Shown: positions 50,266-58,975 of the stretch, one piece after another
Layout: the number at the start of each line of letters is the position of its first letter
How positions within the stretch are numbered: the first letter of the stretch is position 1
From: Candidatus Anstonellales archaeon
Lineage (GTDB): Archaea > Micrarchaeota > Micrarchaeia > Anstonellales > J096
Length of the DNA: 64,000 bases
Assembly (NCBI GenBank): GCA_038896535.1
Contig: JAWACY010000002.1
Location: forward strand, 96,001 to 160,000
Direction of reading: 5' to 3'
The notes under the pieces: model-generated
Seen by the model: only the letters and a program-made list of their open reading frames with translations
The model's database searches: none
What the model was told of the DNA's origin: nothing
Made by a program: the position numbers and the translations under genes

Positions 50266-50919
50266 CTAATTATTTTGCTCCTGCTGCTCTTGGCTTTGTT
50301 TTTCATTTTCTTGATCTGCATATATCTCTGGCTTAACAAGCCTTGCAATCTCCTTTCTGGCTATTCTTACTGTTATGCCAATAATACCAGATTTCGTCAA
50401 TGCTCCATACTTATAAACACCAACATATCTTGATACATCCCCCGCTTTTGGTACAAATCCAGCACTCACTTTTATACTTTTTGCCTTGCTTCCCTTTGCA
50501 CCAAGCTTTCCACCAGCAATTATTTCAACCCCCAAAGCTCCAGCGTTCATTACAGAACGCATAAGCTTATTAAGAACTGCCTTTACTTTTTCTCCTCTTT
50601 CTATTGCATTTGCTGCTCTTTTTGCAACAATCCTTGGCTCAAGCCATGGCTCTTTGACATCTATTACTGTTATATTAGGATTGTCTATGCCAAAATCATT
50701 TTTTATTTTTTCAACAATGCTCTGTATTTTCCTGCTTTTTTTATTCATCAATCTCTTTGGATCAAGCATCTCTATATATATTCTTGTCTCTACCGGGCTC
50801 TTTTGTATTATAACATTAGCAACAAGCACATTATCAAGCTCTTTTTCAAGAAATTCTGCAATCATGGATTTTTTTATTGCATCTGATATAAATTTATTTT
50901 TTATACTTGTCATAACCAT
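50266..50919 (-). CDS. rps3: 30S ribosomal protein S3
   Basis: KH domain, GALGVEIIAGGKL, GIIGITVRI. Confidence 0.95.
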   Translation of the reverse strand: MVMTSIKNKFISDAIKKSMIAEFLEKELDNVLVANVIIQKSPVETRIYIEMLDPKRLMNKKSRKIQSIVEKIKNDFGIDNPNITVIDVKEPWLEPRIVAKRAANAIERGEKVKAVLNKLMRSVMNAGALGVEIIAGGKLGAKGSKAKSIKVSAGFVPKAGDVSRYVGVYKYGALTKSGIIGITVRIARKEIARLVKPEIYADQENEKQSQEQQEQNN

Positions 50920-50933
50920 ATTATCACCACATA

Positions 50934-51635
50934 CTATTTATCAATATCTTCATGCCCTTCGCCTTTTTCTTTTTCTCTGCTCTTTTTTTCTCTTGCTTTT
51001 CCTTTTTTGTCTTTGCTTTCTTTTTGTTTGCTTTCTTTTTGTTTTTCTTTTTCTTTGCTTTCTGCTTTTATACTTTCCTGACTTTGACTTGTTTCTCTTC
51101 CTTCTGTCTGCTTTGGCTCTTGCTTCTCCTTTAATTCCTGCTTCTTCTCCTTTAATTCCTGCTTCGGTTTTACTGGCTTTGCTCCTTTTTGCATTACAAC
51201 AATTTCAAGCCTTGCTAATTCATAAGACCTTGGCATCCTCCTTCCCTTTGGTTGCATTCTTCTATATGCCGCTTTTTTATTAGCGCATGCATGAGCAATA
51301 AAAAGCATTTCTTCATTTGCTCCTTTTCTAACTGCATTTGCAATAGCATCTTTTAATAAAGACAAAACATATTTTACTGCTTTTACTGGATATCTGCCTT
51401 TTCTGCCGTTCAATTCTTTTCTATGAGCAAGCTTTTTATTATGGGTTTTATAAAAAATAGGGGTTTTTCCTTCTTTCCCAAGAGAAGCTTTTTCAAGAAA
51501 AACAATGGCTTTTTGAACATTCATATTTCTTATATTATTACAAACTTGACAAAGATCCTTGAATGAAGCATTAATTGCCTCATTCCTTGCTTTTCCTACA
51601 ATATTATTTTCTTCATCAAATTTCATTGTATACAT
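50934..51635 (-). CDS. rpl22: 50S ribosomal protein L22 with Lys/Glu-rich C-terminal extension
   Basis: SFKDL.QVC..IR.M, GRYPVKA, ANAVRKG. Confidence 0.95.
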   Translation of the reverse strand: MYTMKFDEENNIVGKARNEAINASFKDLCQVCNNIRNMNVQKAIVFLEKASLGKEGKTPIFYKTHNKKLAHRKELNGRKGRYPVKAVKYVLSLLKDAIANAVRKGANEEMLFIAHACANKKAAYRRMQPKGRRMPRSYELARLEIVVMQKGAKPVKPKQELKEKKQELKEKQEPKQTEGRETSQSQESIKAESKEKEKQKESKQKESKDKKGKAREKKSREKEKGEGHEDIDK

Positions 51636-51639
51636 GTTA

Positions 51640-52059
51640 TCACTTTGCTGCTACAAACTTGCTTCCTCTTGTTGCCCCTATTCCAGGGCTTGAATGGCTC
51701 TCGAATTTCACAGTATATGAATATTCTCCCAATCTATGGCCAAGCTTATCTATTGTTATATCAACTGGCTTCCATTCTTTGCCATTATAAACAAGGAATC
51801 TCAGCCCAAGCCATTCTGGAATAATAACAGCTTCTCTGCAATGCGTCTTTATAGGTTTTTTTTGCAAATCTTCTTTTTTTGCAAGTTTTTTCCTAACTTT
51901 TTTAACTAAGTTTGCATACTCAATATTTCTTCCATCAAGCATTGACATTATTGCCCTTCTGCTTCTTGCTTTTACAAGTTTTGCAAATTCTTCAATAGGC
52001 ATTGCCTTTAATTCTTGCTCATTTTTTCCTCTATAAACATCCTTTGCTATTTCTACCAT
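51640..52059 (-). CDS. rps19: 30S ribosomal protein S19
   Basis: IKTHCRE.VIIPE, GHRLGEYS, PGIGATRGSKFV. Confidence 0.97.
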   Translation of the reverse strand: MVEIAKDVYRGKNEQELKAMPIEEFAKLVKARSRRAIMSMLDGRNIEYANLVKKVRKKLAKKEDLQKKPIKTHCREAVIIPEWLGLRFLVYNGKEWKPVDITIDKLGHRLGEYSYTVKFESHSSPGIGATRGSKFVAAK

Positions 52060-52071
52060 TTTGCCACCTCG

Positions 52072-52839
52072 TCATTGATTTTGCTGCTTTGATGCGGCTG
52101 TCTTTCTAGATTTTCTGCCGGTCATTTTTGCTCTAAGATGGCCAACTTTTTGTCCAGGAACTGCATGCTTTCCAACAGTTGTAGGCTTACCGCCATGATG
52201 CTCTTTTCCTCCAAATGGATGGTCATAAGCAGACATTTTAACGCCCCTTACCCTTGGCCATATTGCATTTGCTGCTTTTCTATATTTATAAAATGCATTT
52301 CCTGCTTTTAATAATGGCTTCTCTTTTATTCCCCCGCCAGCAGCAACGCCAACCTGGGCAAGGCATTCTGGATTAAGATTAATGATTTTGTTGCTCGGCA
52401 GTTTTATTTGCACATAATCCGCGCTTTTCATCAATATCTGTGCAAAACTGCCTGCTGCTTTTGCTATTTTCCCACCATCGCCTGGTTGCTTCTCTATATT
52501 ATAAATGTAAAATCCTTCTGGTATTGATTTCAAAGGCAAGACATTCCCAAGCTTTATGCTTGCTTGCTCTCCTATCTCTATATTGCTTCCTGATACAATG
52601 CCCTCTGATGCAATTAAATAACCTTCATTCCCATCATTAAACTTTACTTTTGCTAATATTGTATTTCTTTCTGGTGCATCTACAAAATCTTTTATAGTAC
52701 ATGTTAATAATGGCTTTTCTTTTCTGACTGCTTTTGGATAAAAATCATTATAGCTGACTTTAGCTTTAAACCTATGGCTCTTCGCCCTATATCTTGGCGT
52801 GCCTTTTCCTCTTACTTGCTGTTTTAATCTTTTTCCCAT
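52072..52839 (-). CDS. rpl2: 50S ribosomal protein L2
   Basis: MGKRL..QVRGKG, WPRVRGVKMSAYDHPFGG, PGQKVG. Confidence 0.98.
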   Translation of the reverse strand: MGKRLKQQVRGKGTPRYRAKSHRFKAKVSYNDFYPKAVRKEKPLLTCTIKDFVDAPERNTILAKVKFNDGNEGYLIASEGIVSGSNIEIGEQASIKLGNVLPLKSIPEGFYIYNIEKQPGDGGKIAKAAGSFAQILMKSADYVQIKLPSNKIINLNPECLAQVGVAAGGGIKEKPLLKAGNAFYKYRKAANAIWPRVRGVKMSAYDHPFGGKEHHGGKPTTVGKHAVPGQKVGHLRAKMTGRKSRKTAASKQQNQ

Positions 52840-52843
52840 ACTA

Positions 52844-53095
52844 TCACGCTATATTTAATTGTGTGGCAAGCTCCTCAATATTAACTTCTGGAGCAAATTT
52901 AACATAAGCAATTTTTTTACCTTTCCTGACATGAGTATTAATTTTTTCTACTTTAACTTTAAAAATCCTTTCTATTTCTTTCTTTATTTCCTGTGCATTT
53001 GCATTTATATTCACAAAAAATGCGAGCTTCCTTTCTTTTAAAGAAAGTTTTATAATTTTTTCTGTTCTTACTGGGGCTATTATTATTCCTGCCAT
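52844..53095 (-). CDS. rpl23: 50S ribosomal protein L23
   Basis: PVRTEK, FKVKVEKINT, KIAYVK. Confidence 0.95.
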   Translation of the reverse strand: MAGIIIAPVRTEKIIKLSLKERKLAFFVNINANAQEIKKEIERIFKVKVEKINTHVRKGKKIAYVKFAPEVNIEELATQLNIA

Positions 53096-53853
53096 TTTCT
53101 CATCTCCTCTATTGCTTTTTCTGTATATATTGCAACCCTTCCTGCATGAGTGCCTGGAGCAAGATGCTTGACTTTAAGCTCATCAATATTTACAGCATCA
53201 ACGCCTTTAATATTTTCTATAGCTTTTGCAAACTTCAATTCATCTTTTGCACAAACCAGTAATGCTGATTTAGGATATTTTTTATTTCTCCCTCTTTTTT
53301 TAGCTGCTCTCTCAAGTTCTTTTGGCATTATTTTACTTAAAAATTCCACAAATGTTTTTGTCTTTATCGTTGCTTTGTCCAAATTATTAAATGATATAAT
53401 AATGGGCAAATCAACATCAACCTTATGGCCCCTTGTAATAACAATTTCCCTATTAGCTGTTGCTGCAATAGCACTTCTCAATGCAAGCATATATTCTTTT
53501 TTATTCATTTTTTCTTCTATTTTTTTCTCAGGTTTTGGCGGATGTGCTCTTCTTCCCTTAACAGAGCTAGGAATGATCCTTACCCTGCCTGGAATGCCAC
53601 CCCCATAAAATTCTCTTGGCCTCATTGCTTGCCCTCTATTCTTCAATGATTTATAAGCTTCTTTTCTTCCAACATAAGTTGCTGAAGTTTCCAGGCCAGC
53701 CCATCTATAAGCTCCTTTTGGCTGTCTTTCTTTGCTTTCCTCTGATATGACTGCTCTTGCAATAACCTCCTTTCTGTATGGAGTTGCAAAAATGCTTGGC
53801 AGATCAATTTCCTTGACAGCATTGCCTTCAATATCATAAACTTTTGCTTTCAT
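53083..53853 (-). CDS. rpl4: 50S ribosomal protein L4
   Basis: GRRAHPPK, HLAPGTHAGR. Confidence 0.97.
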   Translation of the reverse strand: MKAKVYDIEGNAVKEIDLPSIFATPYRKEVIARAVISEESKERQPKGAYRWAGLETSATYVGRKEAYKSLKNRGQAMRPREFYGGGIPGRVRIIPSSVKGRRAHPPKPEKKIEEKMNKKEYMLALRSAIAATANREIVITRGHKVDVDLPIIISFNNLDKATIKTKTFVEFLSKIMPKELERAAKKRGRNKKYPKSALLVCAKDELKFAKAIENIKGVDAVNIDELKVKHLAPGTHAGRVAIYTEKAIEEMRKWQE

Positions 53854-53873
53854 ATTATCATCTCATTATCATT

Positions 53874-54821
53874 TCATATTGTAAAGCTTGCATCTTTTAT
53901 TTCCTTTAATGTTTGTTTTCTTATTGATAATCTAAATCTCAAAAGCCTCTTAACAGGGCCAGGCAAGCTACCTTTAATTATTATAGCATCATTTTTTAAA
54001 ACTCCATAATTTTGGAACCCGCCTTTTGGATTTATCTCTATTGCTTTTTCTTTTGGCAAAACTGCCATTACTAACTTATTTAACTCGACCCTTTTATGAT
54101 AACCAGTCTGCCCTGCATGAGGGACAGTATAAAATGTATAAGGCGGTTTAAACTGCCCCAATGTACCGACATGCCTTATTTTACCTGTTGCTTTTCTCCT
54201 CTGCTTGGCTATGCCAAATCTTCTAACTGGTCCTTGCCAACCTTTGCCTTTTGTTACTGCTGATACATCAACAAACATACCAGCTTTTAAAACATCTCCT
54301 GCTCTTATTTGCTTTCCTAAAAGGCTCAAGCCATAATCAACAGCTTCATTTAAATCATTTCCACCTATCCCTAGCTCAAGTTTCTCTATGTGCTTTTTCC
54401 CTATGCCAGTTAATGAAGGCATAGAAAAGCATAAAAGCCTTGCATTCTCATACTTGTCCTTTATTTCATTAATTTTGCTCGCTGTTGCTTTAACATTCTT
54501 TATATTCATTAATTTTAATACATCTTTATTATCTGTTAATATGTCCTTGCAGTATGAATCTTTTATTAATCTTACTCCATATGCATATAATGGAGGTGCT
54601 TCAACAACAGTTGCTCCTCCAGCATATTCTATAAGCCCTTTCTTACCTTCTGCCTGCTCTAGCCATGTTGCTGTAAGCATACCAGCTTTATATCCAGCAA
54701 AACCCAGAATAGCTTTTTCTTTAACTACTGGCCATGCATTAAATCCAGCATTCTCATTATCAGCTCTCTTTCTAGGCCTAAAAGCCATTGATCCTCTTCT
54801 TGGTTTTCTTATATCTGTCAT
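53874..54821 (-). CDS. rpl3: 50S ribosomal protein L3
   Basis: PRRGSMAFRPRKRA, GYKAGM, VTKGKGWQGPVRRFG. Confidence 0.98.
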   Translation of the reverse strand: MTDIRKPRRGSMAFRPRKRADNENAGFNAWPVVKEKAILGFAGYKAGMLTATWLEQAEGKKGLIEYAGGATVVEAPPLYAYGVRLIKDSYCKDILTDNKDVLKLMNIKNVKATASKINEIKDKYENARLLCFSMPSLTGIGKKHIEKLELGIGGNDLNEAVDYGLSLLGKQIRAGDVLKAGMFVDVSAVTKGKGWQGPVRRFGIAKQRRKATGKIRHVGTLGQFKPPYTFYTVPHAGQTGYHKRVELNKLVMAVLPKEKAIEINPKGGFQNYGVLKNDAIIIKGSLPGPVKRLLRFRLSIRKQTLKEIKDASFTI

Positions 54822-54825
54822 AAAA

Positions 54826-54858
54826 CCACCGGTTGCCCTCTTTTGTTGAGGGTCCGCT
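54826..54858 (-). promoter_or_regulatory. GC-rich 5'-leader hairpin abutting the rpl3 SD (candidate r-protein leader)
   Basis: mRNA CGG-A-CCCUC-AACAAAA-GAGGG-CAA-CCG followed by GGUGGU SD. Confidence 0.5.
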
Positions 54859-55244
54859 ATTATATTAAAATCTAAATATAGTTTAAGATAATAAATTTGC
54901 CTATCATTTTTTAAATATATGCTCTTTTTTCTTGCTTTTTTCTTTTTTCATTCTTTTTATTCTTTTTTTATCCATTTTTTATATTTTTTTATCCATTTTT
55001 TATTGCTCTGATTATATCATCTTTATTATATTATCATGCTTATTATATCATGCTTATTGTTCTCGTTATTCATTCAGCTTTATTATTTCATTCAGCCTTA
55101 TTATTCATATCCTTATGCTCTCATCATCTTTCTATAATCCTGCTTCTAACATTCTCTCTACAACATTCTGCTCTCTAACATTATGCTCATATCATTCTCC
55201 TATTTTATCCTTTTTCTTTTTATATTATCTGTTTTTTGCCTTGT

Positions 55245-56093
55245 TCATTCTTCCTTTTCTTCCTTTTTGCTAATTTTCGGCATAAAATAAAATAAGTTTT
55301 CTGGCTTTCTGGAACGGAAGAATAAAGTGCTTCTCAGCATCCAGCCTATGAATCCTGACGGGTGCCTTTTGTCCTCAATATTAAAATGCTTAAACATATT
55401 TTTAAACATGTTGAGGTTTTTTTGATTGCTCTCATTTACCATATTCACAATGTTTTCTGTTACTATTATATTCCCTTTTTCTGCAAGCCTTTGTATCTTC
55501 ATGCTAACATTTATAGGCTTGCCTATTATATCATAATGTATTTTACTATAAGGTGAACCTATTTTAACAGCTATTGCATAACCAGAATCACAAGCTATGC
55601 CATAATCAACTTTTTGCATGCCTAAATCATGCATTACATCGCTTATTTCATGCATTGCTCTTGATATTGCATAAGAGCATAGAAGTGTTCTCTTTATACT
55701 ATCCTCTATTTTTTGGCAAGGAAAAAATGATATTACGCCATCTCCAAGAAATTTTAATACATGCCCCCCAGCTATCTCTGTTAAACTGCCGGTTATATTA
55801 GAAAAAATTGATATTATGGCCGCAATGTCTTTAGCATTTTTCTCGTAACTTAGCTGTGTGAATCCTCTCAAATCTGTGGCAAGGAATGCGCAATAAAAAG
55901 GCCTTGATTTATGCGCATTCCAATAATCATGTAAAAAATTTTGTGCAGGGTCATTTGGCGGGCTGTTTATTTCTTTTTTTATCTTTGCTATCTTTGCTAT
56001 CTGAATACCAACTTTTTCAGCTTTTTCTAATGTATCTACCTCTGTTTCTCTCTCTTTAAAAAACGGCTGGGCTTTTATATCCTCATTGGCCAT
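55245..56093 (-). CDS. Class III adenylate/guanylate cyclase
   Basis: TDLRGFT, KFLGDGV, YDIIGKPINVSMKIQ. Confidence 0.92.
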   Translation of the reverse strand: MANEDIKAQPFFKERETEVDTLEKAEKVGIQIAKIAKIKKEINSPPNDPAQNFLHDYWNAHKSRPFYCAFLATDLRGFTQLSYEKNAKDIAAIISIFSNITGSLTEIAGGHVLKFLGDGVISFFPCQKIEDSIKRTLLCSYAISRAMHEISDVMHDLGMQKVDYGIACDSGYAIAVKIGSPYSKIHYDIIGKPINVSMKIQRLAEKGNIIVTENIVNMVNESNQKNLNMFKNMFKHFNIEDKRHPSGFIGWMLRSTLFFRSRKPENLFYFMPKISKKEEKEE

Positions 56094-56573
56094 GCCAATA
56101 TTTATAGTTTAAGATTTAAAAATGTGATATTTTAACAGCAATAAATTTAATGACATAAAATTTAATGACATAATATTGGCAATATGACAATAATCTATAA
56201 TATTTTACTATAATGTTTGCAATAACATAATAACATTTTGCAATGATATTGTTGTTAACTTATTTGAATGATCCACAACTTCACAACAAATCAGAAGTTA
56301 AGGATGGGACTGACGAAGAATTAAAAGAAAACTTAAAGATTTAAGTATGTTCTTCTTTATACCTATGCTAAAAGATTTATGAATAAAAGGAAATGAGAAC
56401 GCTGCTTCTTAATTATTTCTTTAGTAACAGCGTGGCTGATATAGTTGATAAACAGAATATTTACATAAAAATCGTAAGAAAACACTCACTGATCATTCAC
56501 TGATTTTTCATAATAGTGGATATGTTTACATCAGGCAATGAAGGGTAAATGAAGAAAGAGTGATGCTATGATG

Positions 56574-57764
56574 CTAATTGAAACGTTTTAGAGCAAGCTC
56601 AAATGCTTCTGGGTTTTTGTATCTTTCTGTTATTTCTTCCCTCGCTTCCTTTTCTGTTTTTATTCCTAACTTAACAGCAACAATAAGCCAGTTTGCTGGT
56701 GTGTTTGGACTTGTTATCTCAATAATTCTATGTACTAATTCTCTAAGTTTATCCACCATAAAAAGGTTTACAAATAAGTGCGCTCTTGAGCCTAGAGACA
56801 TAAAATCGCAAGGGTCTGGTTCAACTGAATTAACAAAGGCCAGCAGGTCCAGAAGTTTTTTTCGGTCTTCAAAAAGAGAACAATAGAAGTGGATGAACTG
56901 GTTTATGGAGACAACTGTAATGCCTCTTTCTAAGTCATATGCATTATAATTGCCTAGGTTTTCAACTTCTAATGGGTAATCATAGGTCTCGCCATTCTTT
57001 TTATTATGCACGTGTACATGTTTAAAGTAATCAAGAGAAAGAGCGCTTTCTAGCAATCGTTCTTCTATTTCCCAAGATCTAAAAATTCCATGGAATGTAT
57101 CTACATCAATATAAACAAGTTCAGGATTATTTTTTAAGAACGCGGAGGTATAAGTTTTTTCTAAACCACTTGAAAGAACTGCTTTACTTGGTTCTAATAA
57201 ACATGGACTTGTTTCATCTATTATTATTTTCTCTCCTTTTCTTAATTGTTCAAGAGCCCAAATGACTTTATTGAATCTTCTGGTTGAACTTATTAACCTT
57301 ATTTCAAGATCAGAAAACGGGTCTTTTTCGTAGCTGTAAACCACAGGGATGGTTAAACTTCTACCGATACAATTTAAATCGCCTTTAATATTCTCTATTC
57401 CACTCAGACCAGAGAAAAAGTATGGGAAAGCTGGGAGACCTTCTGTAAACGGAGCAAAAACAAAATCTATTGAGGAAGTTATAGAGTTTATTGCAGCTAC
57501 AAAGTCTTCAGAATAATCCTCAACGAATAGAGCTTGCCTTACTGAAGTGCCAGAGAACTTGCCTAACTTTTGATAAAGGTCATTGAAAAAATCCATTCTC
57601 TTCGCATTCTCAACATAATTTTTTGGGCTATATTCTTCACAAATCATGAGTTTTGAGAAAGCCTTCTCAGGATTTTCTGGTAAAGAATTCTTCACCTTTT
57701 CTCTTAGAGTCTGAAGATACTTTAAACGCCTTTCTATTATAATGTCCGCAAACATATATATCAT
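56574..57764 (-). CDS. Hypothetical protein, possible transglutaminase/papain-like triad and helical C-terminus
   Basis: GDLNCIGRS...KHVHV...TYDYP. Confidence 0.65.
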   Translation of the reverse strand: MIYMFADIIIERRLKYLQTLREKVKNSLPENPEKAFSKLMICEEYSPKNYVENAKRMDFFNDLYQKLGKFSGTSVRQALFVEDYSEDFVAAINSITSSIDFVFAPFTEGLPAFPYFFSGLSGIENIKGDLNCIGRSLTIPVVYSYEKDPFSDLEIRLISSTRRFNKVIWALEQLRKGEKIIIDETSPCLLEPSKAVLSSGLEKTYTSAFLKNNPELVYIDVDTFHGIFRSWEIEERLLESALSLDYFKHVHVHNKKNGETYDYPLEVENLGNYNAYDLERGITVVSINQFIHFYCSLFEDRKKLLDLLAFVNSVEPDPCDFMSLGSRAHLFVNLFMVDKLRELVHRIIEITSPNTPANWLIVAVKLGIKTEKEAREEITERYKNPEAFELALKRFN

Positions 57765-58111
57765 TGTTTTAACTTTTCTCTTACTCTCTCAACAATATCT
57801 GATTTAACTTCGCCGCCAGACCTAGCCATAATAGCCGGAATAGCAGCTCTTGTCGCTGCCTCTCTGAATCTTAAGTCGCTTGCCTCCCTAAATATGTCAA
57901 TTATTTCCAAAGGACTTAAATTAAGACCTTTTTCCTTAAAGAAAGGTTCTAACAAATCGACGAGTTCTCTTGATTTCATAGTTAAAAGACTATCTGGCTC
58001 AATGTTTTTTGAAGATAAAAATTTTGTTAAGCCATTTACCAATTCATCTGCTTTTTCGCCAAACCTTCCTTTAAAAACTTCTTCAATACATTTTATTGCC
58101 ATATTTACCAC
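57761..58111 (-). CDS. Small helical hypothetical protein
   Basis: 116-aa ORF, ATGA-coupled to the downstream gene. Confidence 0.75.
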   Translation of the reverse strand: MVNMAIKCIEEVFKGRFGEKADELVNGLTKFLSSKNIEPDSLLTMKSRELVDLLEPFFKEKGLNLSPLEIIDIFREASDLRFREAATRAAIPAIMARSGGEVKSDIVERVREKLKQ

Positions 58112-58171
58112 AATATAATTATATGGGGGTAAAGTTTTTAAATATTATCGTTTTTGGCTGTTTTCAGATAT

Positions 58172-58323
58172 TGCCGCGGGTGGGATTCGAACCCACGACC
58201 TCCAGATAGCCCAAAGCCAAATTATAAATTTATAAATTAAATTCAAACATCATTGCATAAGCTCAGCACTCATAGATATATGCTTCCATGAGTCTGGCGT
58301 TCTACCAACTAAACTACCGCGGC
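58172..58323 (-). tRNA. Elongator tRNA-Met(CAT) with 79-nt intron at 37/38 (exons 58287-58323 and 58172-58207)
   Basis: GCCGCGG/CCGCGGC acceptor, CCAGA/TCTGG anticodon stem; bulge-helix-bulge: CTCA:TGGG central helix, TG|G and CT|A bulges, AAGC:GCTT closing helix. Confidence 0.95.
58247..58276 (-). ncRNA. Intron-encoded box C/D-type guide element predicted to methylate tRNA-Met C34
   Basis: Guide TCTATGAGT-G, box D CTGA (58263-58266), hairpin GC-TTAT-GC, box C-like ATGATG (58248-58253). Confidence 0.75.
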
Positions 58324-58374
58324 ATTATTTTTTATTAATGCAAATGATTTAAATAATTTTACACAAATCTAATC

Positions 58375-58962
58375 ATGGTAGAAAAAACACACGAAGCAAT
58401 AAATATGCCTTGGGAAGATGAAAGGGCAAGAGTTTTTGTTAGCGACATAGGCATAATTTCTAGCAATGGTAAATATGGATATAACCTCATGTCTTGCGAA
58501 TGGACACATCAAATATCTTATAACCCAGCCAGAATTAGCATATCTGTAAATAAAGAAAGTGCGACACTTGAAAATATCATGGAGAGAAAATATTTTGGAG
58601 TAAATATACTAGAAGAAAAACAAGCATTGGTATCAAGCATATGTGGAAACATATCAGGAAAAGATGTTGATAAAATCTCTGTAATAAAAGCACTTGGCTA
58701 TGAATTTGAAAAGGCAAAATATATAGATGTATTATTATTAAGAGATGCTTTATTTAATGCTGAATGCAAAGTCATAAATATCTTAGATATTGGTGACCAT
58801 GTGCTTTTTATAGGAGATATTATTGAAGCAAAAAGAAGGAATGGGGCTCCATTAATATATCATGCTGCATCTTATTGGAAAATTGGCGAAAAATTGAGCA
58901 GGCCATCAAAGGAGGAGGTTGATAAAATTAATGCAATCATAGAGAAGTTCAAGAAAAATTAA
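58375..58962 (+). CDS. Flavin reductase family protein
   Basis: SYNPA.ISISV, TLENI, FGVNIL, GDHVLFIG.I, PLIY. Confidence 0.92.
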   Translation: MVEKTHEAINMPWEDERARVFVSDIGIISSNGKYGYNLMSCEWTHQISYNPARISISVNKESATLENIMERKYFGVNILEEKQALVSSICGNISGKDVDKISVIKALGYEFEKAKYIDVLLLRDALFNAECKVINILDIGDHVLFIGDIIEAKRRNGAPLIYHAASYWKIGEKLSRPSKEEVDKINAIIEKFKKN

Positions 58963-58975
58963 AAATGGCGATAAA

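Noticed and set aside
50486..51283. Long antisense ORFs (e.g. 50486-51283, 2123-2674, 16569-17150, 62449-63048)
   Set aside because: Shadows of well-supported genes on the opposite strand.
54930..55240. Short repeats and the 113-aa Phe/Ile-rich + strand ORF
   Set aside because: Low-complexity T-rich intergenic DNA without constant repeats or unique spacers; the ORF is a compositional artefact.
55245..57764. Pycsar/CBASS-type defence operon
   Set aside because: The cyclase has adenine-type specificity residues, and no adjacent cNMP-binding or TM effector is recognisable.
41821..57764. Similar N-termini (IIERHDYLQAL vs IIERRLKYLQTL) in two orphans
   Set aside because: Short match with no further similarity; probably chance.
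56094..58172. Integrated element at tRNA-Met
   Set aside because: No integrase and no duplicated tRNA 3' end (att site) found; kept only as an islet.
58172..58323. Initiator tRNA-Met or tRNA-Ile2(CAU)
   Set aside because: Lacks the A1-U72 pair and the three G-C anticodon-stem pairs of initiators; the GCCGCGG acceptor and intron fit elongator Met better than GGGCCC-type Ile2.
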